From a virus (Duplodnaviria; Heunggongvirae; Uroviricota; Caudoviricetes): DNA of 58,687 bases. Of this stretch, positions 9,256-19,618 are shown in pieces (position 1 is the first letter of the stretch; each line of letters opens with the position of its first letter). A model generated the notes under the pieces. That model had not been told where the DNA came from. It worked only from the letters and a program-made list of their open reading frames with translations, and did not search any database. A program made the translations under genes and the position numbers. Location: the IMG/VR virus record IMGVR_UViG_2834277561_000001, positions 1 to 58,687 of that record. One strand, given 5' to 3'.

Positions 9256-12200
9256 TTAAGCAAATACGAATTCTATTCTATCGCTATATGCAATAATTCT
9301 AGATGTATAGTCAGTATTTGTTCCACCTGCATGAAAATCAATATATGGTGAACCACCATATAATTCAATAGCACCATTATTAGAATTATTAGGCTGTCCA
9401 ATTTTAACACTTGCAGCAGCATTAACATTATCAATATAAGCACTACTGAAATACCATGATGATGTACCTAATACACTATGACCGTTACCTGCACCACCAG
9501 ATTGATATGGAAGTAAACCATTAGATGTAGTTCTGATATATTCTCTATCAGATCCACTAGGAGTTATCATACCATAATATCCATATAGGGATGACATACT
9601 CATTTTATCAGCTAAATGACAAACTTTGCTATACACTTGTGTATATCCAGAAGTAGGAGCATCAGCATATCCAGCTGAATGTTGATTATATAATGTCCAT
9701 GAATAATCGGCAAAAATGTCTCGATACTCTTCTGTTAAGACAGTAAAATGATAAAAAACATACGGTTCATCGATTTTTACCCACAATTCAACATCTGTAC
9801 TTGTATTGGTAGTATTTTTATATATAAGTACAAATTTAGATGGATCAATAAGATTTGTTGCATATTCCCATCGTAACCATACAGATTCTTCATTTTTATG
9901 CTCATTTGTTCTCAAATGTGCTGTAAGCACACCACATCTAGAATCGTTTGAACCAAATCCACCAGATACTTTAAATGATATTCGCCTGTCTTCATATGCA
10001 ACAGTTGTTTTAAATGATGCGAATTTATACCAAGGTTTTGTTTTAGTAGAACCAGATTGTCCTACATAACATCTACGCTTATCTGTGACATTTTTCCAAG
10101 AGACAGCACTTGCTGTAGCTGCTGTACCATTCAAATAGACTTTGTTGTTTTGGTCAGCATATACCATCCAGTTGCCCGCATTGGTATCATAAAGACCTTT
10201 GTTCCATTTTCCAGATCCAACCATAAATTTAATGGAAGCTCCTGTATCAGTATTTCTAGCTTCGTAACCAACATCTTTTGACCCAGAACCTGTTTGTGAA
10301 ACAAATCCAGTTAAAGTTCCACCTGAGAGTGGAAGATAAGAATGTGTGTGTGAAGCAGAAGCAAAACTTGTTGATAATCTATGCTGAATTTTCCCATTAT
10401 TTGCAACTAATAGCCATGTATCTTTTGTGTTATCAGTTGCAAGATCCAATTCATATCCATTCCATTTAGCAGAATTCCCCGCACTACCAGCACTTGTTGC
10501 ATACTTAACACTTTTAGTACTATCAGCAGTATTATCAACATTACCAAGCCCAACTTCAGCTTTAGTGTAAGAAGGCTTATTTGAAGCCTTCGCCCAAGCA
10601 TACACATCGGAGGCTGGAAGAGAAGATGGAAAATCGGTGATTTGTGATTTTGTATGAGTATGACTAGCTTGTGCAAATTGACTCTTATTAATAGCTCTTA
10701 ATTCACATCCATTCCATCCAGCTAACCAAGTATAATCTCCGTATCCCAGACCAGCTTTTGAATATGCAAACGTTGTATGTGAACTACCATTTACATCTAA
10801 TACATATGAATGATCATGTGAACTAGGAGTATATGTGCTTGGCTTACCAGTTATACCTGACCATGCTACATTTGTAGCTGTTGAAGCATTACCCGAGAGA
10901 TTTCCATGATAAACACCATCTGTATCAATATAAGATTTAAGTGAGATTTTTTCACTTGAAGAGGATTTAAAAGCAAAACCAAATCCTATAGAATCTACGC
11001 TACCACCTCTTATATTCCCAATTTGCCAATTAGTATCATACCATTTAAAATCTAGTCCATTTCGTAAAGAAGCATTACTAATACCAGTAGAATTTTGAAA
11101 TATGCCATTATCATTAATTTTTATAGTAATTTCATTATGTTCGCTAGAGGCACATAATTGTGGAGCCATTTTTATTAAGTCTCCATTAAATCCTTGACAA
11201 GCAGTCACAGTTCCATCTAAAACCATATTAATAGTGGCAAGATCTCCAACTTTATTAAGCCATAAAGTTAAATCTCCTGTATCATTACTGAATCTAGTAT
11301 CTTTCCATTTTTGTCCCCATACTACTGTTCCATCTTTAATATCACCACGCCAAGTTGAAGTGTCTGTAGTAAGAGTAGGACTTGTATAACTTAGTTTTAA
11401 TAAAGTAGCAGTAGCGGCGTTTCCTGTACAAGATGCGGAAGAGCCCGCTGATGTTGCATAACTAACAGAAGCACTGCTAATATTTGTTATATCAGAAATC
11501 GTATGCTTATGAGAACTTGGTGTAAATGTACTTGGTTTACCCGTAACTCCACTCCAAGGTACTGAAGTAGCAGATCCTGCCGTATAAATTGTATAACCAG
11601 CTTCTGATGAAAGTTTAGTATCATCAATAACAAAGTACATTCTTGCATTAGCGTCTGTACCAACTTTTACAGTATCACCATTCTGAATATCATTTTTTGT
11701 AAGTTTAAATCTTGCAGTATCATCAGCTACAATTTTACATCTTTCTAAAGCACCGGCAGGAAGATGATCAATACTAATTACTCCTGTAATCTTATCAGCA
11801 CTAAGAGATGTAATATCTCCACTTCCATGAGTATGAGAAGAAGGAGTAAAAGTAGAAGGTTTATTATTGATTTCAGGCCAACTATAAGAAGGTTTACTAC
11901 TAGCTTTTGCCCATGCCGGAACGTCACTTGCAGGCATACTTGTAGGAAAATCAGTGATATCAGCTTTTACATGTTTATGTGAAGAGTCAGCTTTTGCAGC
12001 TAACTTGGTATTAATTTCTGTCTCTGTATAGTATCGATCATCGTGAGTATGAGAAGAGGGTGGGAAAGTAGTAGGCTTTCCAGTAAGATTTGCCCAGGTC
12101 TGTACATCGAGGGCTTTATATGTTTTTGTATTATTATCCCAATAATAAGAAGAATTTGTTGTAGTGTCAATGTAAATAATGTTTTGTTCTCCCGTTTTTG

Positions 12201-12312
12201 GGAAGACTGAAAGTGATGCGTAAGGTTTTACGTCCTGATCATCTTTTACATATTTTTTAATGTATCCGATGAGTTCTGTCAAACCAGAGTCATTCAAAAA
12301 TTGTTGTTTCAT
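9256..12312 (-). CDS. Long tail fibre protein with repeats
   Basis: 1018 aa; repeated W..(I/V)TGKPSTFTPSSH.H, ITDFP.S.PASDV.AWAKA..KPSY, VGLGNVDNTAD, YLPLSGGTLTG. Confidence 0.85.
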   Translation of the reverse strand: MKQQFLNDSGLTELIGYIKKYVKDDQDVKPYASLSVFPKTGEQNIIYIDTTTNSSYYWDNNTKTYKALDVQTWANLTGKPTTFPPSSHTHDDRYYTETEINTKLAAKADSSHKHVKADITDFPTSMPASDVPAWAKASSKPSYSWPEINNKPSTFTPSSHTHGSGDITSLSADKITGVISIDHLPAGALERCKIVADDTARFKLTKNDIQNGDTVKVGTDANARMYFVIDDTKLSSEAGYTIYTAGSATSVPWSGVTGKPSTFTPSSHKHTISDITNISSASVSYATSAGSSASCTGNAATATLLKLSYTSPTLTTDTSTWRGDIKDGTVVWGQKWKDTRFSNDTGDLTLWLNKVGDLATINMVLDGTVTACQGFNGDLIKMAPQLCASSEHNEITIKINDNGIFQNSTGISNASLRNGLDFKWYDTNWQIGNIRGGSVDSIGFGFAFKSSSSEKISLKSYIDTDGVYHGNLSGNASTATNVAWSGITGKPSTYTPSSHDHSYVLDVNGSSHTTFAYSKAGLGYGDYTWLAGWNGCELRAINKSQFAQASHTHTKSQITDFPSSLPASDVYAWAKASNKPSYTKAEVGLGNVDNTADSTKSVKYATSAGSAGNSAKWNGYELDLATDNTKDTWLLVANNGKIQHRLSTSFASASHTHSYLPLSGGTLTGFVSQTGSGSKDVGYEARNTDTGASIKFMVGSGKWNKGLYDTNAGNWMVYADQNNKVYLNGTAATASAVSWKNVTDKRRCYVGQSGSTKTKPWYKFASFKTTVAYEDRRISFKVSGGFGSNDSRCGVLTAHLRTNEHKNEESVWLRWEYATNLIDPSKFVLIYKNTTNTSTDVELWVKIDEPYVFYHFTVLTEEYRDIFADYSWTLYNQHSAGYADAPTSGYTQVYSKVCHLADKMSMSSLYGYYGMITPSGSDREYIRTTSNGLLPYQSGGAGNGHSVLGTSSWYFSSAYIDNVNAAASVKIGQPNNSNNGAIELYGGSPYIDFHAGGTNTDYTSRIIAYSDRIEFVFA

Positions 12313-12391
12313 TTACCCATCGTATCCTTTCTAAATATAAAATACACCAGGGGAGATTCGAACTCCCTTGGTGTTAAAATAATAAACTAAC

Positions 12392-13465
12392 TTATTCGGT
12401 TGCAAAAAGAGCTTTAATCTTTTCAGATGGAATAGCTTCGTAACCATCACCTACAAGACCTTGGAGTGCAGAAATTGCATTTGCATTAGCTGCAATTTTC
12501 GGTTTTTCTGTAGCCATATCAGTTTCAAGAGTTTTTACTTTGCCTTCAACAGTAGTTACTCTACCTGATACGGCTGTGATGTTATCAGCATTTTTCTTAT
12601 CAGCAGCTTCAAGAACAGGAACTTTATCTTCAAGGGTCTTAATTCTACCAACAGCAGCTGTCAGGTCTGCAGCTTTTGCATACTGAGACAGATCAGAATC
12701 AGCAAGCGCTTTAGATACATATTCTGCGATATAACCTACAATATCTTTAGCAGTAGCGGTATCTGGAAGAGTACCGATTAGAGTTTTAAGATTAGCAATA
12801 TCCTCTTTGTTTGTTTTGATCTGACTATTCATTGCAGAAGCATCAGATGCATGGCTTGAAATCCAATCAGAGATTTCTTTCAGTGTATCGTATGCTTCCG
12901 GAGCACCATTAACGATAGCGGCTACAGCGTCAGATACTGCTTTCTTAACAGATCCATCTCCTGTACCATTCAGAGTTGTGATGGCAGCGGTATTCTTGTT
13001 AACTTCAGCTCTCAGAGTAGAATCATCATAAGAACTAGCAGTAACAGCTTCTTTAATGTAAGTAACTACATCTTTTGCTTTTGCATCTGCTGGAATAGTA
13101 CCAACATAGGTCATAACCTCGCCTTTAGCTTTAGTAGCAGCACCAGCTTCGTCAAAGTCAGCAGCAGTTTTTCCGGAATCAACAATGTTTCCGTTGGAAT
13201 CAAGTCCTGCAAGATGACCTGCAACAGCACCTGTTACTTTATCAGCTTTTGCTGCATCTTTTGGCAGAGTAATAGTGAATACTGCATCTTCAACTGTTAC
13301 AGGAGCTGTTTTTGTGTAGAAATAAAGTGTAAATCCATCAGCAGACTGAGATACTGTTTTAATTGAACTTTTTACTGCTTCAGAGATTTTTGCATCAATC
13401 TGAACATTGTGAAGTGAGAGAAATTCGGTAAGATTGGAAAGTGTAGCGAACTGTAATTTAGCCAT
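12392..13465 (-). CDS. Tail fibre/shaft protein
   Basis: 357 aa; APEAYDTLKEISDWI fibre motif, LNG.G.GSVKK, coiled coil. Confidence 0.7.
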   Translation of the reverse strand: MAKLQFATLSNLTEFLSLHNVQIDAKISEAVKSSIKTVSQSADGFTLYFYTKTAPVTVEDAVFTITLPKDAAKADKVTGAVAGHLAGLDSNGNIVDSGKTAADFDEAGAATKAKGEVMTYVGTIPADAKAKDVVTYIKEAVTASSYDDSTLRAEVNKNTAAITTLNGTGDGSVKKAVSDAVAAIVNGAPEAYDTLKEISDWISSHASDASAMNSQIKTNKEDIANLKTLIGTLPDTATAKDIVGYIAEYVSKALADSDLSQYAKAADLTAAVGRIKTLEDKVPVLEAADKKNADNITAVSGRVTTVEGKVKTLETDMATEKPKIAANANAISALQGLVGDGYEAIPSEKIKALFATE

Positions 13466-13479
13466 ATTAAGCTTCCTCC

Positions 13480-14352
13480 TTAATTATTAAAAATGTTTGT
13501 TAGTTCTTCAGTGGAAATTCCACCGATTTTTTTATCTAAAGCACTGTCAAGTTTTTCATCTAACTGTTGATCAATAACATCTGCGACAGATTCCTGGATT
13601 GTTTTCGTAATGAATTCCTTTGCAGCATCAGCAGACATATAATTCTGGTCAGTGACCCAATTCTCTGTAATATACTTATCAGTACGATATGTTCCATCTG
13701 CTTGTAAAAAATAAAGCACTATTGAAGTGCCTTGCATTTTTGTGATAGTCATTTTCTTTTCAAGTTCTGGATCATGGGAGATAAAGAATAAGACATCTTC
13801 AGCAGAAGACTGGACAGTAGGATTAGATTGGCTAATAATATATTGGCCTTTGATTTTATATATACCATCTTTAAGAGATGAAATATAAACAGGAGCATTA
13901 AGAGAACCAATAAGATTTTCAATTGGTTTATCAGATAATTTATTATACGAAAGACTATTGATATAATCCACGACAGTAGATTTGTCTTCAAGATTACCAA
14001 CAATATCATCAAGCAATTTACCAACATCAGCAGCTTTAATATATTGATCAAGTCCAATAGATGTCTTTACCTGTTCAATAATATGTTGTGCATCTTCTTC
14101 GGTCATTGACATATCAAATGAATAAATAAGATTCCCATTTGAATAGAACATAAGATTTGTTCCGATAAATTTAATATCTGTTATCTGATTAGTTCCATTA
14201 ATATATTGTAATTTGTTATCTTGAGTAACCCAGGCTAAAGATTTTGTATCCTGTATAAAACACATACCTGGATATTTTAAAATACCTCTTTCGAGGGCTT
14301 TTTCAGCTATAGCTTTTGTTGAGGCAGAAAACCAAGATGGGATTAATGCCAT
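13480..14352 (-). CDS. Hypothetical tail-associated protein
   Basis: 290 aa ORF in the fibre cluster. Confidence 0.6.
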   Translation of the reverse strand: MALIPSWFSASTKAIAEKALERGILKYPGMCFIQDTKSLAWVTQDNKLQYINGTNQITDIKFIGTNLMFYSNGNLIYSFDMSMTEEDAQHIIEQVKTSIGLDQYIKAADVGKLLDDIVGNLEDKSTVVDYINSLSYNKLSDKPIENLIGSLNAPVYISSLKDGIYKIKGQYIISQSNPTVQSSAEDVLFFISHDPELEKKMTITKMQGTSIVLYFLQADGTYRTDKYITENWVTDQNYMSADAAKEFITKTIQESVADVIDQQLDEKLDSALDKKIGGISTEELTNIFNN

Positions 14353-14359
14353 TTTGTGA

Positions 14360-14605
14360 TCACCTCTCTTCGCTCAATTCTTCATATTCTGGTTTTGTAA
14401 TTTCAACTATTTTGTATTCATAATTATCAGGCGGGAAGTTATAAAGACCTTCGATGTGCCAGCCGTGCATCCCGTCTGAACTGAGAATAGCCTCTGCTTC
14501 TTGAATATTGCATAAGAGCAGAAGATTATGTTTTTCTTGATATTTTATGTAATTGATATTTTTAAGAATATCAACTACTTTATTTTCTTTTAATACTTTG
14601 TAATA
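14360..14605 (-). CDS. Small hypothetical protein (MYYKVLKE...)
   Basis: ORF track 14360-14653; likely start 14605 after AAGGTGGTG SD. Confidence 0.55.
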   Translation of the reverse strand, partial: YYKVLKENKVVDILKNINYIKYQEKHNLLLLCNIQEAEAILSSDGMHGWHIEGLYNFPPDNYEYKIVEITKPEYEELSEER

Positions 14606-14658
14606 CATTTGGCACCACCTTAAAAATGGTAAGGACATCTCTGCCCTTACCAATTATT

Positions 14659-17600
14659 TTATCCTTCACATGAAATTGAGAACATAATAAGAACTCCGGC
14701 AGTTTGAGGATAGAAATATCCATTAATTCTACCAGGATTATCTTCTCCACCATCAACACCATATTGCCAAGTCCCAACATTTTGATCAACATTGGCAGAT
14801 CTGGTAGGATATGCTTCATATGTTTCAGGTGTTGAAATTTTTGTACGTCTACGGGCAATATCGCTTGTCATGAATGGTATAGTAGAGTCAGTCTCAATAG
14901 AATATGGATCTCCTGAAACTGACGGATCAAGTTCATAAACAGAAGGAATATAGAAATAACATTCTGATGTAGATGTTGTCTTTGCTTTATCAGCATTATT
15001 AGCAATTACATTTACTTTCTTGATAAGAGATTTCCATAAAGGAGGAATTGCTTTTGGCAATCTGGTATTAAGCCAGGTATTAAGAGGTGACTTGCTCCAT
15101 CCTCCAGAAACATTTCCATAAGAATGGTTTGTACTTAACAGATTTTTACCAATAAATGTAATATTTGCTCTCTTAGTTGCATTATCAGATAGATAATACT
15201 CTTTATACTTTGCAACCATCATAGGAATAGTTTCATGTACCCAAGCGGCAATTTCTTTACATTGATCCTCGCCAAGATCTGCGTACCACAATTTAGCCCA
15301 ATGAATCTTACCTTTTGCATATTTCTCATACTCGCCATCATCAGCCTTAGAGCATCCAAATACAAGAGTAGATGGAATTACAGGAATTCTGATAGCAGCA
15401 AGAGTAGTAGTTGATACTTCATTTCCAGTTAAATTCGAACAGTATACATAAGCTTGTTCACTTCCGGCTTTATGTCGGATAACAACAAGTTCTCTATCTG
15501 CAATACCAGCTGGATTTGTACTTTTAGTTCCCCAGTTAAGGTTTACATTTGAGCTATACCATAATCTGAATCCATTTGAACCATTTGATTGAAAACATTG
15601 TGCGAGAGTAGCACCAGAAGTATTTCCATCATTAAATTCAAAATCAATCGCAAATGTAAAATCACGGTCTTTATCCATAATAGTAGTATTAGTATCAATG
15701 TAATTAGTACCATCGAATTCAGTTGTGTCAGATATAAATTCTTTACTTTCTACATCGTCATAGTCATAATCAACACCAAGTTTGAAATTTAATATATCTC
15801 CAGATGTTGTTTTTGATTGTTCAAGATTCATCTTCATCAGAGTATATAATTCAACTTCTGATAAGTTTTCTAAATCTTTTCCGTCAAAATATCCGTCAGT
15901 ATATGTACAAGAATCAAATACGGTATAGATCTTCTTATCTCCTGTAACAAGACCAGATTTATCCCATTCTTTAAATAAGTAATATTTAAACGCAGATTCT
16001 TCGGCTGTATATTTAGGAATATCTCCATCATATTCAATAGTTGAACCATATGGGCTAGTAGAAGACTGTAATACAGTTTCTGCTGCATTTTTATTTGCTT
16101 TCAAAATATATTGGACTGTATAGCTTCTAACAGAAGGTTCATATACAGCAGTTATAGTTCTGTCTGCAAACACTTTTGTAAATGCTGCATCCCAATGCTT
16201 AAATGTAAAATCATTCTCGACTGTACTTGGAATAGTAGGAGTCTTGATTGGATTTACAGCTCTTGTCAGAGGATCTTCGCCATCAGCACCAATATCTACA
16301 TACTGAATATCAAGAACTGTGTGTGTCTCATCAGCATTGACACAGGTAATTTTAAACTGTGTAATAAGAGAATCATAAGTAATCTCAAGTCCAGTCCAGA
16401 TACCCTTTTGTGATTTATCACCAACGTATTCTAAAAGTTCTTTATTACGAATAACAGGAACATGAATTGTTCCAGTAAGTATTGAATGTTCTGTGTTAAA
16501 TTCATTTTCATCTTTTCCGGAAAGTTTTGCCAATACCTTAAGAATATCAGTGTTTTCCAGGTTCCAATTAATACCTGTTACGGTTACAGTTCTTAAAGAA
16601 TTGATTGCTTTCTTGATAATACTTAAGCTATCAATATTAGAATTTCGACAAATAAATGTCTCAAGATTCTCATATGAAGGAACTACTAAATCAGTAAGAT
16701 TTTGTAAATCTCTAAATGCAAGAGTATTGATTGTAGATGGGAGATAGGCATGTGTAATTTTACCATGAGTAGCAAAAGATACAGAAGAAATGATAGTGCC
16801 AGATGCATTTAATTTCAGAAGATTTTCACATGCAGAAAGATTAATAGAACCTGTAAGGTTTGGACAATTCTGAACGTCAAGTTCTTCAAGAAGAGTATTG
16901 TTACCCATGTTCAGATTTGTTAAGAAGGAGTTTTGATATCCTTCTTTATCACTACCAATAATAAGAGTTTTCAATTTAGAAGCTTTTGAAAAATCGTTAT
17001 CATGAATATAACAAGCTGATAAATCATTTAACGCCTGGATTCTAGATGCACAATAAATTAATACTGCGGTATCATCCATATTTGTGAGAGTAGTAGTGAT
17101 TTCATATTCCTGTCCAGCTTTAGCACGTACCTGAGTAGGATTTGCTGAGTTACCATATAATACGGAGATATACATATCAGAATATGGAATGATTTTTAAT
17201 GTATAATCTGGTTTTACAACAGCTTGTTTAGGAGTATTACATCTGAACATAATCTGGTCAGATTTTACATCTGTGTGAACGAATTTGGTTCCCATATAAG
17301 CATGTTGATCACGTTCCCACTGTGCAAGATGATATATTCCACGACCATTCATCATTTCCTGTAAGAATCTTACAGTGCCTGCTCTATAAGTTCTGAAATA
17401 TAATCTATCATAATGAAGTCTCCAGAGTTCTTCTGGGAATTGATTCTGCCAAGCCTTATATTCATTAATCAGATGGGTATCAGACCAACAGTTAGCATCT
17501 ACAGACTGATACATATTTCTTAATTGTGGTTGCATGAGATCACGGATCCTACACCACAATGTTGATTCAGCAGCATTAAATACATAGCCAGAAGAAGGCT

Positions 17601-18713
17601 TACCATCTTCTTTATAATCAGTATCTTCTTTTCCATATGGAAAAACTAATTCACCACTGTTATTAATTCCAAGCTGAGTATCCATATCATATGCCCAGAA
17701 ATCAAATCTATATCCATTATGAATTGCAGCAGCATTATCATCTATTGTATAATATTGAGCTTTATCTCCAGCTTCAGCAGCTTCAGATGTACTCATGTAA
17801 TGTTTAGCCCAATGAGGAAAAACATTCTTTGCTCGGTTGTCAATCATGCTATATCTAAGAGTAACTAAATAGAAGTATAATGTTGTTTCTTTGATGACCC
17901 AATCTCCTAAATGAGCAACGAAATCTTCGTCAGAAGAAGTAACTATAAATTCATAGAAATCACGCCATATTTGACGGTTATTTGTACGAATCTTTTCCTT
18001 CTCTTCATCTGTAGAAATAGCAGAACCATCTTTAGAGTCACCACAACAATCGTATCTAAATTCAAATGATCCGTCCCAATTATTGTAAAGATTGTCATAA
18101 GCAGTATTTCCTGCTTTCCATTCTGCTTTTGTAATTGGATATTTTGGTGTTCCGTCTGGATTTGTTACTCCTGTCTGGAATGCAGAGTTTGGAAGAGTAT
18201 TATCTGAAATCTCAATACAAAATTCCTTCATATCATCTGGATCATAAGCTCTTGTAACATCTGTCTTTTTGGAATCACCCATATTGCCTAAACTATAGAA
18301 ATGCCAATCAGTATCTTGGAATTCTCTATGAGTAGATACGTCTGGATCGTTCTCTTTAAGGAAGATTACACAGTTTACGAACTCCATAGAGTTCTTTACT
18401 TTTGGATCTCTTTTAGTTCCTGGACTTGTATATGGAATAAAATCATTAAATCTCTTTTGTCCTAATGCGTTTGTAGCCATATTAGAACTTGCTACATTCA
18501 CCTTGAAATTCCACCAGTTATTAGGCACTGAATTTCTCGTAAGAGATATTTTACCTGTTCCATCAGTAGTTTTACTTCCGTCTCCAAGTTCAAGAATCGT
18601 TTTATAATTAGGATCTAATTTGATGTTACTATTAACCTGATGCTCACCATCAAAACAACAGATGACATCGATATTTCTTGCAGCAAAACCATATTCATTA
18701 GATGTTGTACCTT
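14659..18713 (-). CDS. Giant tail protein, exon 2 (CotH-kinase-like domain, leucine-rich repeats, C-terminal lectin/DUF6273-like region)
   Basis: Frame is open from 18711 (GTTSNEYGFAARN...) into the 1289-aa ORF; DNRAKN and YDMDT.LG.NNSG motifs; LEELDVQNCPNL LRRs. Confidence 0.82.
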
Positions 18714-19618
18714 CAAATTTTGTTATCCTATAGGCTTTTTATCCTATAGTTCTTATACTTGCATAATATAAAATACGTTAAATTAAGCTATTTCCCTAAA
18801 CCATTGTCTGCCATATGCAGTTTTGCGTTTTCCATTAAGGACACAGCTAATAGAGGCAGAAGCAGAACTTTTTCCATTAGTAACCGCTCTTGTGGCTTCG
18901 CGAATACCAGAAAAATGCTATATATTTCCATCTTTATCTATTGAATAGACAGGGTACCTACGTTTCTGTGCCACACGCTCTTTGTGTGTTCCATAATTAT
19001 TGTTATATTTGGCAGTACACCATTCAAGATTTTCAACACAATTGTTTGTTTTATCTTCATCTTTATGATTTACTTCTGGGAAATTGTTAGGATTAGGAAG
19101 AAATGCTTTTGCGACTAATCTATGAACAGCTAAATGAACACGATTTTCTCTTTTTCTTCCATCTAAAGAAATGTCAATTTGAAGATAACCTTTTGTACAA
19201 GGATAGGGTTTCATGATTTTCCCATTCATTTTATCTACTTTATAGCTTTTTATTCTTCCTAAATTACTTACTTCATATCCAAGATAGCCATCTATTGGCT
19301 TCCATATTTCGTCCATATATTCACCTACTTTCATTTTTATAATAAAAAAGACTTAATATGCAAAATTAAGTCTATTAAACGTATTTTATTTATTTTGTAT
19401 AAGTTCAGCATATCTTTTTACCATAACTACAATATGTAGTTTTAGGTATTGCGAACTCGTGGATGCATTATATTCTCATAATAGAGTGTCAGCATCTATG
19501 CGTTGCATGTGACTATACTTTTAAATATAGCCTTCCATTCGGATTAGCATTTCAGCCTTCCCGATTTCTTTCGCAATTCTTATATATATGTTTCCATATA
19601 TAAGGGGCAAGGATGTTC
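18714..19618 (-). mobile_element. Group I intron (IA-like), 905 nt, HNH gene in the P9 region
   Basis: IGS CCTTGCCCC (19604-19612) complementary to the ligated junction GGGGC|AAGG; terminal G at 18714; P3 TTGCGAA/TTCGCAA, P4 TCGG/CCGA, P6 GGCTATA/TATAGTC, P7 GCATA/TATGC, P8 TACC/GGTA; removal restores HAGQGTTS in frame. Confidence 0.9.
18783..19334 (-). pseudogene. NUMOD4-HNH homing endonuclease with an in-frame TAG before its C-terminal NUMOD1-like DNA-binding domain
   Basis: EIWKPI.GY..YEVSNLGRIKS, VHRLVAKAF.PNP, VNHKDEDKTNN.V.NLEW; after TAG (18918-18920) the frame continues HFSGIREATR...ISCVLNGKRKTAYGRQW to TAA at 18783. Confidence 0.82.

Noticed and set aside
6389-12312. Diversity-generating retroelement or shufflon acting on tail fibres
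   Set aside because: No reverse transcriptase, invertase, TR/VR pair or inverted cassettes seen; the repeats are degenerate protein repeats
18918-18920. TAG-to-Gln recoding (genetic code 15) suggested by the HNH in-frame TAG
   Set aside because: Other phage genes are long and open in the standard code, and TAG serves as a real stop (e.g. 47975, 38395, 58635)
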